Source: an uncultured Parachlamydiaceae bacterium
GTDB taxonomy: Bacteria; Chlamydiota; Chlamydiia; Chlamydiales; Parachlamydiaceae
Direction: 5' to 3'
Assembly (NCBI GenBank): GCA_963742415.1
Contig: CAVULX010000004.1
Span: 416,001-480,000, forward strand
DNA: 64,000 bases
Shown piece after piece: positions 20,461-29,948 of the stretch. The notes under the pieces were generated by a model. It did not search any database. It was not told where the DNA came from and saw nothing but the letters and a program-made list of their open reading frames with translations. Position numbers and translations under genes: made by a program. How positions within the stretch are numbered: the first letter of the stretch is position 1; every line of letters starts with the position of its first letter.

Positions 20461-20615
20461 TTTAAAAGTTTATCCTAAATTTCTAAATTGGAGAAAATAG
20501 GAAATATCTAAATTGCCCTTATAAATAAATTTTTGTTGGTTGAAATAAATTGGTAATTGTATTACGATAAATAATTTGAATAATTATATGTTATTATTAA
20601 AAAATTCGTCGTCTC

Positions 20616-20852
20616 TGTTTGGATGTTTCTTAAATAAATTCCCTTCGGGAGTTTCCTAATGTTTGGACGTTTCTTAAATAAATTCCCTTCGGGAATTTCC
20701 TAATGGTCGTTGTTCCCAGAGTTGCGTTGTTTCGGGCTTCGCCCTCACAACTTACTCTGGGCTACCATTCCAGTATTCCCTTTGGGATTCATTTGTTAGG
20801 CATCGCCAAGGCGATGCCTAACAAAGCGGCGGCAAGCCGCCGCACTCCAAAA
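20616..20852. repeat. Composite REP-like cluster (family B plus GCGGC-type hairpin)
   Basis: 44-bp tandem duplication 20616-20703; 20713-20767 matches 52310-52364 (52/55); perfect 16-bp stem 20792-20825; gcggcggc-aa-gccgccgc-actccaaaa 20826-20852. Confidence 0.88.
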
Positions 20853-20871
20853 CGGTTCTTGGGTAGAGAGG

Positions 20872-23800
20872 CTAGCCTTTGTTATTATCACAGTTGTGCC
20901 TGCCCCCTCCAGAACCGTATTGGGTGGTATTACCTTGTGCATTAATGCAAGTGGTCTGTCCTGATGTGTAGTGGACGTGGCTTGAACCGCTAGAATGTCG
21001 GTTATAATAGTTGACGTCTCCCCCAGCATATGATTTCCAAAAATGGGTTGTGTTTGGTTGTTGGCCGCTGCCACCGACATGTCCTTTCAAATCCAGCGTT
21101 TTATAGACTTCGCTAGTGACTCTGTTTACAGCATAGGTGGTTGCAGACATCCGCCCATTCGCATCCACTTGCACGATGTGGCGAGCGCCCATCCCCCCTG
21201 ATCCAGTGCCGCCAGATGAACCTCCGCCTCCACTCGATCCACCCCCTCTTCCCTGGACCAAATTTGGGTTCATGCTTACACCGCCATAGACTCTATAGCG
21301 GTCGTCTTTATGAAAGGCTGCTGGAACCCAGTATGTATTTCTAGTAATGGGAGTTACCCCAGCCGGGTTTGTGGCTATCCCCCCTTTTTCAATGGTTCTG
21401 CAGATCCTTAAGATTTCATTTCTATTGTAGGCCTCTATAGATCCTTTTAATAGATTGACCAAATAATCTTTTTGTCCATGATATAGCCAAGAACTAATGC
21501 CTGATTCAAGCGCACCATTATTGCTTGAGCCAATATGAAAGTCATTCGTTAGAATATTTTTAACTTGATTTAGGATATCTCGATCTAATCCAGCAGCTTG
21601 CTTAGAAAGACTTTGTTTACCCTCATTTAATTGCGCTTCCGTGAAATCATTACGAGTGAGATTTTGTTTCCTTATATTCTCATCTAACATTTTATTAATA
21701 TGATAGTCCGTGTTTAGAGGGAAGTCGCCAATCTTAGAACGCCAACCATCCAAAACAGCATTAACCTTTTCTACAGGGAAATCGACTGTTTCGCTAAGTT
21801 CTTTGGAATTTTTATAAATACTTATGGCTATATTTGCCATGGCCTGCAGCTTGGCCAGTTCAGGTATTCGCGCTAATTCGGGGAAAGGTTTTCCCAAATT
21901 TTTGTACTCTTTAGTCATTAGATTGGCAAATTTGGCTTCTTTAGAATCATCTTCTTCATCTTTTTCTGAATCGATTAGGTTTCCTTCTTCGTCATATTGC
22001 ATCAGATGTTTCTTTACGGATACTTCACATTCGCCGAATTCAACCGTAAGCTCATTGTTTTCTTTAGAGAAGGATTGCTGATACCAAAGTTTATCTACTT
22101 CAATCCAAAAGCGGTGGATTCTTCCTGCAGTATGTGGAACATTTCCCTCCTTGCGCAAGGATTCAAATTTTTCACGGAGGCCTGCGGGCATTCGTTTAAG
22201 TAAATTCGTGTCGTCACGTAATTCAAATGGCGCACGGGCGCTAATCTCTGTTCCCATGGACAACATTTTTAGAAGCAAGTCCGTGTGCAGCAACGTGGCC
22301 AGATAGTTGGTATTTGCTATTTGTTTGGGAGCAAAAAACAAATCTTGAAAAGGGTGGTAGTGCTTCTCATTGTCCGGGGGATCCAAAGAAAAGAAAGCGC
22401 TTGTAATGCCCCGGCCCATGATGTCTCTGACATCTTCCATGTCAAAGCGGCCTTGCATAGGATCTGTAGAATGACTGAACATGTATGAAATTTCTCCCGT
22501 TGAGAAGTTAAAGCGGATCCCATCGACTCTAAAGTAAGGTTGTTGATAGGGCAGATTTAATGGGATTGGCTTCTCAACATACCATCCTTCGGAATCTCTT
22601 GTTATTCCAGGCCAACTCATCAGACCTTCTACCGCTCCCATTGAATCCTTTTTTCTCTCTAATAGGGCTTGCATGGAGAGGGTCCTTTCCTCCTCAAATT
22701 TACTGTTCTCCTCTAATTTACTGTTCTCCTCATCTTCGCTTTCTTTATCACCCCTCCAACCAATCCATCTGCCTTCAAAAGAATAATATTGATAGTCGGC
22801 CTTTTTTGTTTGATCGGAAGAGGCAATCATTCGAGGCAAATGATCTTGCAGGAAAATACTATTAATTACGTCAAAATAGATCATGTCATAAATGTTAACG
22901 ATCTTGTCCAAGGCCAGAGGAAATAATTTTGACAGCTTTTCAGCTTCATTACGAAGGCTTTCTAAAAGCTTTTCTTCCCCTGAAGAAATTTGTGACGATG
23001 TTTCAAATACTTTAGATAAAATGGCGATGCTAGATCGAATGACATGAAGTTGTGTTGTGGGGTTGAGGTGGCTTCTTCCTAAGGTATAGGCAGTCGCAAC
23101 CAAATCTACAATGGCGCGCCGATAGGCGTAGATTTTTTTATAATCTTTTCTTGGGCTCAGCCCCTGCATTGTCTTCAAGAGCTCTAAAGCTGCTGACAAA
23201 GTACCATTGACAACACCCGCATGGGAGGGGATGGCTTGGCAAAAATCGATAAAGGACATTGCCGCTTCAAAAGAGGGTAATTTACCAATCGCTTTTTGGA
23301 ATTTAATGACCGTTCTTATCTCGGGAGTTTGCTTAAGTCTAGAGCTGTATTCACTTTTTGCTGCAGGTTGGCCACAAATCAGATCTGAAGGGGAGAGATT
23401 CTCGGGATACTCTTTTATTATTTTTTCTAAAACTTGAGAATAGACTCCTAATTTTTCTTCCCTTGGGTCGCCGAGCATGGCATCGATGAGATCTTTCATC
23501 GCCCCTTGCAATCCTGGACCTGAGGGATCGGCCAAGTGGGAGACCGAACGGACAAGGAGGAACGTGGACTTAAGGGGGCCATCTTCCAAATTGTCGATTT
23601 GAAATTGCTTTAGAGTTTCTTTAACTGCTTGTAAAGTAAATTTATTAATGCAGTTAAACAAGTAAAGATTTTTTTCCAGCGAGGTTTGATAAATCGCTGA
23701 ATGAAGGACGGTTTTAAAACCGTTGATGATGTAGGCATGAGACTGTTCGTACCACTTTTTATCTGCCTGGCTAGTACATTTGGGAGCGATATGCTCAAGG

Positions 23801-26196
23801 AGGCCTAACATTTCCTCGCCGGACAACTTCGTCTGGAGCAACATTTTAAGATAGGGGAGGCTATCCTGTTTTGAGGATTTCAAATGAGCAGTGATGAGCT
23901 TTTTGGCAGATTCATGGTTTTCATTTTTTGCCATTAGAGTTTGAATGATTTCTGCCAGGATATTTTCAAAAGCGGGGCAATGCTTCATGATCGCTAACTG
24001 GTAGAGAAGGCGGGTGGAGGAATCAACCAGTTGAGATTTGTCAAATATGGTTTTGTAAGCGTTTGCTTTTAAATAGCACCTTAGAGCCAAAGAATAGTAC
24101 TTCTCTTTGAATAATTGGCTGCCTATTTCTTCCAAGTTTTCTGCTCCCAATGTGTAACAAGCAAAGGCAGCTTCCTCATGCTTTGAACGCCATTTTGTCG
24201 CGAGATCTGACCAAGGCAAGCCTCCTGAAATCATCCGGTGGCAGATGAGTCCTTTAGTAAAATCTTTTTGATCAATGAAGACGTCTCGATGAGAAATGAG
24301 ATTTTCATCCATAAAATGGGATTTAAAAAAGGGAATGCAGAAAGCGCCGTCACACTTTTTGAGAAGTTCAACAAGGAAACCTAACCAAATTTCAAATTTT
24401 GGGTGGCTTAAAAAGGGCCAACGCAAATGGTCTTTATTGGGTTCGAATTGGATTTTTTTCCAATCACATGTAAATTGCTTATTCATCTGTTTAATGAATA
24501 ATTCAGCTCCTGCGACATCTAAGGGATTGATTGTTTCGATCCATTTTTGTTGTGAAAATTTTCCTAATTTAAAACACTGGATGGCCAGTTTGTACTTTTT
24601 TAGGGCTATGGCTTGCTTGGCTGCATTTTCTATAACCAAGGCTCTATTCGAACCCATTTTTGAGGCCAGGATGATGCAATATGGGGCGATTGCTTCGTTC
24701 GAGTGTTCCAAAGCTTTGTTGATGTATTGATCAGTGGAAAATTGTGCCTTCCTGTAGAATACTAGGGCTAAAAAGGGGTCGCTGTTTGCATAAGAATTCC
24801 CTTCTTTCACCCACTCTTCGGCTGTTTTTCTTAACTGATTAAGGCAAGTCATTGCCGGTTCATATTTTTTCATGCTGGCAAATCTTAGAGCTAACTTCAT
24901 CCAATCACCCCCTCCAAGCAGGTTGCATTGAATGGCTAGGTTAATTCGGTTATCCTCCAAAAATAGATCGACCCAATCTAGAAATTGTCGCTTGGTTGCA
25001 AAACTATAGAAGGACAATACATTTAAGTATGTCGGGGTAATAGATGCCCGGACCGATTTATAATTTTTGTTATCAAGGGGAGCAAGCCAGTCTGAAGCGG
25101 AGTTTTTTGTGAGCTTGGGCACACAGTCTGTGCATACGGCTGTAGGTTTCTCATAATCAGGCAGCTGTCTGAATTCTAGACAGCCGCTGCAATTGGCTGT
25201 GCCGCACGACGTACAGTTGGATTGTCTAAGAAAGAGGCCAAAGGACTTTTTGCAGCCGTTGCAACAAGTTGCATTTGTTACCAACTTTACATTATTCGGT
25301 TTCACAAAATGGACGGGAATATAACCCAACTCTTTTTTTAATTCGCTGGTTTCCGGCAATAAAGGGAGTTCGGTTCCATCGTCAAGCCGCCGCTGTTTTG
25401 TAAACAGACCAGGTGCAGCTTTTTTTAGAAATTGATTGATGATAACGCCTTTAACGAAATCGGGGACTTCAGCAAGGATAGGTTTACTATTCACGGGAGC
25501 GTCCAAAATAGTTTGAACCACTTTTTCACTATCGTTGGAAATTTTAGAAGGTTTTGCTGCTTTTGGTTTTGGGGCCTTTGCGGGTGTTGCGCCCTTTGCC
25601 GGAGTGGCGCCCCAAAGATCGGAATTCAAAATTTCTTTTTCGAGGACAACCATTTTAGGATTATAATTCCATTTCCTTGCTTCTTCCGGGATCGATTCGT
25701 TTAAAATTTGATCTACATTTGGAACTTCTGTTTTTAGTAATGCTTCGTAAGCTGTTTTTGGGGCATTGTGGGACGAGGGGATGAGACCCGATTTTTTCGG
25801 TGAGGTTTTTTGGAATTTTATCTGATCAGAATGGGGTGGGCCTTGGTTTTCCCAAAGATGAATTAATCCTCTGTAGATTTCAGACGGTCTTGGACCTCCA
25901 GGCAAATACCCTGATACATCCTCAGCGGAGGATTCCTCAACATCGATATCTTGTTTTTCATTGTAGTCTTTTCGTTTGGAAGGATCAGAAAGAGTAGCCC
26001 AAGCTGCATTAATTCGCTTCATGGCCTCATCCATTTGCTTTATCCTATCGGAAGATTGTCCGCTAGACTTGTCAGGATGGTGTCGCATCGCTGCCTTATA
26101 ATAGGCATTTTTAATCTGTCCCTGTGAAGCATTGGCTGATACGCCTAAAAGGGAATAATAATCGGACTCTTTACCTGTGGAAAAATTTGTATGCAT
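20872..26196 (-). CDS. 1774-aa multidomain protein: N-terminal DnaJ J-domain, FYVE-like Zn finger, helical repeats, Gly/Ser linker and small C-terminal domain
   Basis: DYYSLLGV..AYYKAAMRHHPDK; CNGCKKSFGLFLRQSNCTSCGTANCSGC..VCTDC; GRGGGSSGGGGSSGGTGSGG near the C-terminus. Confidence 0.85.
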   Translation of the reverse strand: MHTNFSTGKESDYYSLLGVSANASQGQIKNAYYKAAMRHHPDKSSGQSSDRIKQMDEAMKRINAAWATLSDPSKRKDYNEKQDIDVEESSAEDVSGYLPGGPRPSEIYRGLIHLWENQGPPHSDQIKFQKTSPKKSGLIPSSHNAPKTAYEALLKTEVPNVDQILNESIPEEARKWNYNPKMVVLEKEILNSDLWGATPAKGATPAKAPKPKAAKPSKISNDSEKVVQTILDAPVNSKPILAEVPDFVKGVIINQFLKKAAPGLFTKQRRLDDGTELPLLPETSELKKELGYIPVHFVKPNNVKLVTNATCCNGCKKSFGLFLRQSNCTSCGTANCSGCLEFRQLPDYEKPTAVCTDCVPKLTKNSASDWLAPLDNKNYKSVRASITPTYLNVLSFYSFATKRQFLDWVDLFLEDNRINLAIQCNLLGGGDWMKLALRFASMKKYEPAMTCLNQLRKTAEEWVKEGNSYANSDPFLALVFYRKAQFSTDQYINKALEHSNEAIAPYCIILASKMGSNRALVIENAAKQAIALKKYKLAIQCFKLGKFSQQKWIETINPLDVAGAELFIKQMNKQFTCDWKKIQFEPNKDHLRWPFLSHPKFEIWLGFLVELLKKCDGAFCIPFFKSHFMDENLISHRDVFIDQKDFTKGLICHRMISGGLPWSDLATKWRSKHEEAAFACYTLGAENLEEIGSQLFKEKYYSLALRCYLKANAYKTIFDKSQLVDSSTRLLYQLAIMKHCPAFENILAEIIQTLMAKNENHESAKKLITAHLKSSKQDSLPYLKMLLQTKLSGEEMLGLLEHIAPKCTSQADKKWYEQSHAYIINGFKTVLHSAIYQTSLEKNLYLFNCINKFTLQAVKETLKQFQIDNLEDGPLKSTFLLVRSVSHLADPSGPGLQGAMKDLIDAMLGDPREEKLGVYSQVLEKIIKEYPENLSPSDLICGQPAAKSEYSSRLKQTPEIRTVIKFQKAIGKLPSFEAAMSFIDFCQAIPSHAGVVNGTLSAALELLKTMQGLSPRKDYKKIYAYRRAIVDLVATAYTLGRSHLNPTTQLHVIRSSIAILSKVFETSSQISSGEEKLLESLRNEAEKLSKLFPLALDKIVNIYDMIYFDVINSIFLQDHLPRMIASSDQTKKADYQYYSFEGRWIGWRGDKESEDEENSKLEENSKFEEERTLSMQALLERKKDSMGAVEGLMSWPGITRDSEGWYVEKPIPLNLPYQQPYFRVDGIRFNFSTGEISYMFSHSTDPMQGRFDMEDVRDIMGRGITSAFFSLDPPDNEKHYHPFQDLFFAPKQIANTNYLATLLHTDLLLKMLSMGTEISARAPFELRDDTNLLKRMPAGLREKFESLRKEGNVPHTAGRIHRFWIEVDKLWYQQSFSKENNELTVEFGECEVSVKKHLMQYDEEGNLIDSEKDEEDDSKEAKFANLMTKEYKNLGKPFPELARIPELAKLQAMANIAISIYKNSKELSETVDFPVEKVNAVLDGWRSKIGDFPLNTDYHINKMLDENIRKQNLTRNDFTEAQLNEGKQSLSKQAAGLDRDILNQVKNILTNDFHIGSSNNGALESGISSWLYHGQKDYLVNLLKGSIEAYNRNEILRICRTIEKGGIATNPAGVTPITRNTYWVPAAFHKDDRYRVYGGVSMNPNLVQGRGGGSSGGGGSSGGTGSGGMGARHIVQVDANGRMSATTYAVNRVTSEVYKTLDLKGHVGGSGQQPNTTHFWKSYAGGDVNYYNRHSSGSSHVHYTSGQTTCINAQGNTTQYGSGGGRHNCDNNKG

Positions 26197-26338
26197 AAAA
26201 ACCTTAAATTGTTGATCGACGTTCTAAGGGGCTAAAATATAAATATTGGATAAAAAAAATGCAAATTAAATTTGAAGCTGGCAGGGCCTTTCACATGAAT
26301 GCAGAGGCGTTGAGTCTAAGAAACGAGAAACAAATAGG

Positions 26339-26461
26339 AACAGGATAAGCATGATCGTAAACGGCAAGATGCGAAGAATACATTAAAAAAAAATTCCCTT
26401 CGGGATTTTTTTTTTAATTTATCCCGCTTATCCTGCCGTTTACGATCATGCTTATCCTGTT
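26339..26461. repeat. Palindromic miniature element, family A, copy 2
   Basis: aacaggataagcatgatcgtaaacggcaagat / atcctgccgtttacgatcatgcttatcctgtt; central aaattcccttcggga hairpin shared with family B. Confidence 0.88.
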
Positions 26462-26492
26462 TTTTTTCTGTGACTTTATGTCGATGATTTTT

Positions 26493-27647
26493 TTACTTAG
26501 CTCGGGATAATGCACTATCTAGGTCGTCGATAAGATCTTGGGTATCTTCGATTCCAACGGAAAACCTGACGAGGCCATCTGTCAATCCGATTTTGGCCCT
26601 TTCTGCTGGAGGAAGAGAAGCATGGGTCATGGTTACCGGATGGGCGACTAAACTTTCGACGCCTCCTAAACTTTCGGCTAAAGCAAACAGATTAAAAGAT
26701 GAAATGAGTTTTTTCGTCTCCTCCAAAGACAAATTAAATTCAGCGGAAAGCATGCCGCCGAATCCATGCATCTGCTGTTTGGCTATAGCATGGCCCGGGT
26801 GGCTTTGGAGGCCTGGATAATAGACCTTTTTGACCTTAGGATGCTTTTCTAAGAATTCGGCTATGGCGATGGCATTGCGCTGATGCTGCTCCATCCGCAC
26901 AGCCAGGGTTTTAACCCCTCGAGTGATCAGCCATGCGTCAAACGGGCTAGGATTAAGACCGATCGATTTTCTTGCAAAATCCATCTCCTTTTTTACTGCA
27001 TGACTATTGCTGATGACAACACCGCCGATGACATCGGAGTGGCCTCCTAGATATTTTGTAGAGCTATGCCAGACGATATCAACACCGAGCTTCAATGGGT
27101 TTTGAAAATAGGGGGTGGCAAAAGTATTGTCTACAATCGTTGTGACACCATATTGTTTGGCTAATTTAGCAAAATAGGTGATGTCAAACACGTCCATCAA
27201 AGGGTTATTAGGTGTCTCGAAAAAAAGCCACTTCGGTTTTTGTTTGATGATCTCAGTGAGCTTTTCAATATCTTCGGTTGTTGCGGCTGGATGGGATTCA
27301 AATTCAATTCCGAACTTATTAAAGACCTGATTAAATAAACGGTACGTGCCCCCATAGACACCATCGATGGCGATCACTCGGTCCCCCATCGCTAGAGTGG
27401 AAATTAAGGCTGTCAAAGCTCCTAAGCCTGCGGAGAAAACAGTGGCGTGTTCCCCCTCTTCAAGTGAAGCGAGTTGCCTTTCTAAAATGGTAAAATTTGG
27501 GTTGTGGGCCCGTGTGTAGTCATACCCCTTGCTGACCCCTGGGGAGTCTTGAATGTACGTGGAAGTCATATAGATAGGAGGCATGATAGCGCCTGTGACG
27601 GAGTCGGGCTCGTGCCCGGCATGAATAGCTTTTGTGGCAAATTTCAT
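26493..27647 (-). CDS. Cystathionine gamma-lyase/synthase family PLP enzyme
   Basis: GYDYTRAHNP, ETPNNP, VDNTFATP, HSSTKYLGGHSD, AESLGGVESL, VRFSVGIED. Confidence 0.92.
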   Translation of the reverse strand: MKFATKAIHAGHEPDSVTGAIMPPIYMTSTYIQDSPGVSKGYDYTRAHNPNFTILERQLASLEEGEHATVFSAGLGALTALISTLAMGDRVIAIDGVYGGTYRLFNQVFNKFGIEFESHPAATTEDIEKLTEIIKQKPKWLFFETPNNPLMDVFDITYFAKLAKQYGVTTIVDNTFATPYFQNPLKLGVDIVWHSSTKYLGGHSDVIGGVVISNSHAVKKEMDFARKSIGLNPSPFDAWLITRGVKTLAVRMEQHQRNAIAIAEFLEKHPKVKKVYYPGLQSHPGHAIAKQQMHGFGGMLSAEFNLSLEETKKLISSFNLFALAESLGGVESLVAHPVTMTHASLPPAERAKIGLTDGLVRFSVGIEDTQDLIDDLDSALSRAK

Positions 27648-27651
27648 AGTT

Positions 27652-28641
27652 TTATAAAAAATGGTGTTGTTTCATCCAATCATCATCGTACATTTTACTT
27701 AAATATTTGATCCCACCATCGGGGAGGATCGTGACAATGTTTGCTGGTTTTTTAAGGGTTTTCGCAAGCTCGATGCTTCCCCACACGTTAGCTCCGCTGG
27801 ATCCTCCGGCCAAGATCCCCTCTTTTTTGGCTAACAAGCGCCCCATTATAAAAGCGTCTTTGTCTTTGATTTGAACCACCTCGTCAATGACAGAAAAGTC
27901 CATCGCGTGGGCGATATGATCTTCACCAATCCCTTCAATTTGATAATTGCAATTGGCATCGCTTGGAATCTTTCCTGTTTTAAAATAGTCGTAATAGATG
28001 GAACCGATGGGGTCAACCAAAATCACTTTGATATTGGGATTTTTTTCTTTTAAATATTTACCGACTCCAGAAATTGTTCCGCCGGTACTTCCGCTGGCGA
28101 CAAAATAGTCGACTTTTCCTTGAGCTTGCTCCCAAATTTCGGGTCCGGTGGTTAGGTAGTGGGCTTCCGGATTTTTTATGTTATCATATTGATCGATCCG
28201 AAAGCTGTTGGGTATTTCTTTGGCCAACTTTTTGGCTATATTGACATAGTGTTCAGGGGAATTGGGAGGGGCTGAGGTGGGGGCTACGACGATTTCAGCT
28301 CCGAAAGCTTTTAAGGCGTTTTGTTTTTCTTGGCTGACTTTGTCTGGCATGGTGAGGATGGCTTTGTAGCCTCGGATGGCGGCTATCATAGCGACGGCAG
28401 CTCCTGTGTTGCCCGAGGTGTTTTCAATGATTGTTCCCCCCGGTTTCAAAACTCCTTCCTGCTCAGCTTGATCGACAATGAAGCGGACGATCCGATCTTT
28501 GACGCTGCCGCTAGGGTTCATAAATTCTACTTTGGCCAAGAGGCTAACGTCGGGGTTTGGGTTAATTCTTTGGAGCAAGACTAAAGGGGTATGTCCGATG
28601 GTATCTAAGATTGATTGATGACGATGCAAGGTTGAAAACAT
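27652..28641 (-). CDS. Cysteine synthase / cystathionine beta-synthase family PLP enzyme
   Basis: KVEFMNPSGSVKDR, TSGNTG, GTGGT, YQIEGIGED, PDGGIKYLSK. Confidence 0.92.
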   Translation of the reverse strand: MFSTLHRHQSILDTIGHTPLVLLQRINPNPDVSLLAKVEFMNPSGSVKDRIVRFIVDQAEQEGVLKPGGTIIENTSGNTGAAVAMIAAIRGYKAILTMPDKVSQEKQNALKAFGAEIVVAPTSAPPNSPEHYVNIAKKLAKEIPNSFRIDQYDNIKNPEAHYLTTGPEIWEQAQGKVDYFVASGSTGGTISGVGKYLKEKNPNIKVILVDPIGSIYYDYFKTGKIPSDANCNYQIEGIGEDHIAHAMDFSVIDEVVQIKDKDAFIMGRLLAKKEGILAGGSSGANVWGSIELAKTLKKPANIVTILPDGGIKYLSKMYDDDWMKQHHFL

Positions 28642-28718
28642 ACCGTTCCTTTGGCCATATGACCAACCTCACACTAGCGGAGGAAAAAAATAAAATCAAT
28701 ACTTCCCCTGAGTTTGCC

Positions 28719-29870
28719 TTATTCTTTATCTTCGTCCTTCTCAGAATCTGCTTTATCTTCGCCCTTATCAGAAGTTGCTTTACTTTCAGAAGGTTGCTTT
28801 TTTAACGAAGCGATCGCTTTTAAAACATTAGATTCTGTGATTTCTGCGATGCCCGTCAATTTTTTCCCTTTTTTGGTTTTGATGTTCACAACGACCATGA
28901 CGGGAGTTTTGGTGATGCTGAATTGTTTAGCGAGTTGCTTGAAGTATTTTTGACTGATGGCAATGTCGCTAAAGTTGAGCTGTTGATAGGTTGTCCCTAC
29001 TTTTTTTGCAATTTTCTCTATTTCCTGATCTGTAGGAGCTTCCGTTGCAACTGACATTTTTGTGAGTTCTCCCCGCAGCTTAAAATAATCGGGCTTATTT
29101 TTGATCATAAATGAAACGTTATAAGGGGAATAATTCAATGTTTCAGTGTGTATCGCATGGTCCACAAAGGTTAACTTGGCTTGTTTCATCACTTCTGGGG
29201 CCATTTTTTCTATTTCTGGCTCTAGTTGGCGGCAAGCGGGGCAAGCCCAATCGGTAAATAGGTACACTTCAATCGGGCTTGTTTTGTCTCCGAAGAACAG
29301 ACTTTCTTTGATCGTTGTTTCCTGGGCTGCAATTTGATCAAATTTTGAGATACCGATGGTGGCTATCAAAAAGCCTAAGACAAAAATAGAGATCCCGGTA
29401 ATTCCTTTCCAAATGGTTTTCATAAGTTCTCCTCTTGGACCTTGTTTGATCAATGTGTTCATTTCAATTAAATAATGGATAGCATAACAAACCCCAGCAA
29501 CAAAGATACAGGCAGCAATTGACAGGCAGAGAGGGCACCATACCCCGATTTGAAATTTTTGGACAAGAATAAATTTGATTTCTGCCCCGATCCCGCTCGC
29601 TATCATTAATCCTGCGACAAAAGACAAGGGGGGATATTTTTTCGAGAGAATGTGGATGAATAAAAGAGGAATAAAGAAGAATAAGCCGGTATATTCAAAG
29701 GGGAAGCCAAACAAAAGCCAGTTATGGCTTTCGGCACATTCTTCCACGCAAATTTGCAGATAGGAAACAAGGGATAAAATGGCGCCGCACAAAATAGCAA
29801 GCAAGGAAACTAAATACAGCCAATCGGCAAGGCGTCGGGGGATAATCTTTTCTATCGCCATTGCAAGCAA
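28719..29870 (-). CDS. VKOR-like membrane domain fused to thioredoxin/DsbA-like domain
   Basis: Loop cysteines CVEEC, membrane WCPLC, then FTDWACPAC and cis-Pro motif TKTP. Confidence 0.8.
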   Translation of the reverse strand: MLAMAIEKIIPRRLADWLYLVSLLAILCGAILSLVSYLQICVEECAESHNWLLFGFPFEYTGLFFFIPLLFIHILSKKYPPLSFVAGLMIASGIGAEIKFILVQKFQIGVWCPLCLSIAACIFVAGVCYAIHYLIEMNTLIKQGPRGELMKTIWKGITGISIFVLGFLIATIGISKFDQIAAQETTIKESLFFGDKTSPIEVYLFTDWACPACRQLEPEIEKMAPEVMKQAKLTFVDHAIHTETLNYSPYNVSFMIKNKPDYFKLRGELTKMSVATEAPTDQEIEKIAKKVGTTYQQLNFSDIAISQKYFKQLAKQFSITKTPVMVVVNIKTKKGKKLTGIAEITESNVLKAIASLKKQPSESKATSDKGEDKADSEKDEDKE

Positions 29871-29948
29871 ATCCTTTTTGAAATTCTAAATGAATGTGAT
29901 TTCGATCTTGAAATGTCAACCGCTTTCTGTCAAGAAATAAGATGAGGG

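Noticed and set aside
20616..20703. Possible CRISPR array (44-bp repeats with an internal hairpin)
   Set aside because: Two directly adjacent copies with no spacer and no cas genes; the unit belongs to the dispersed family B repeat
22693..22733. 18-bp in-frame duplication (EENSKL/EENSKF), plus GATPAK x2 near 25575-25612, in the J-domain protein
   Set aside because: Ordinary slippage duplications in low-complexity linkers
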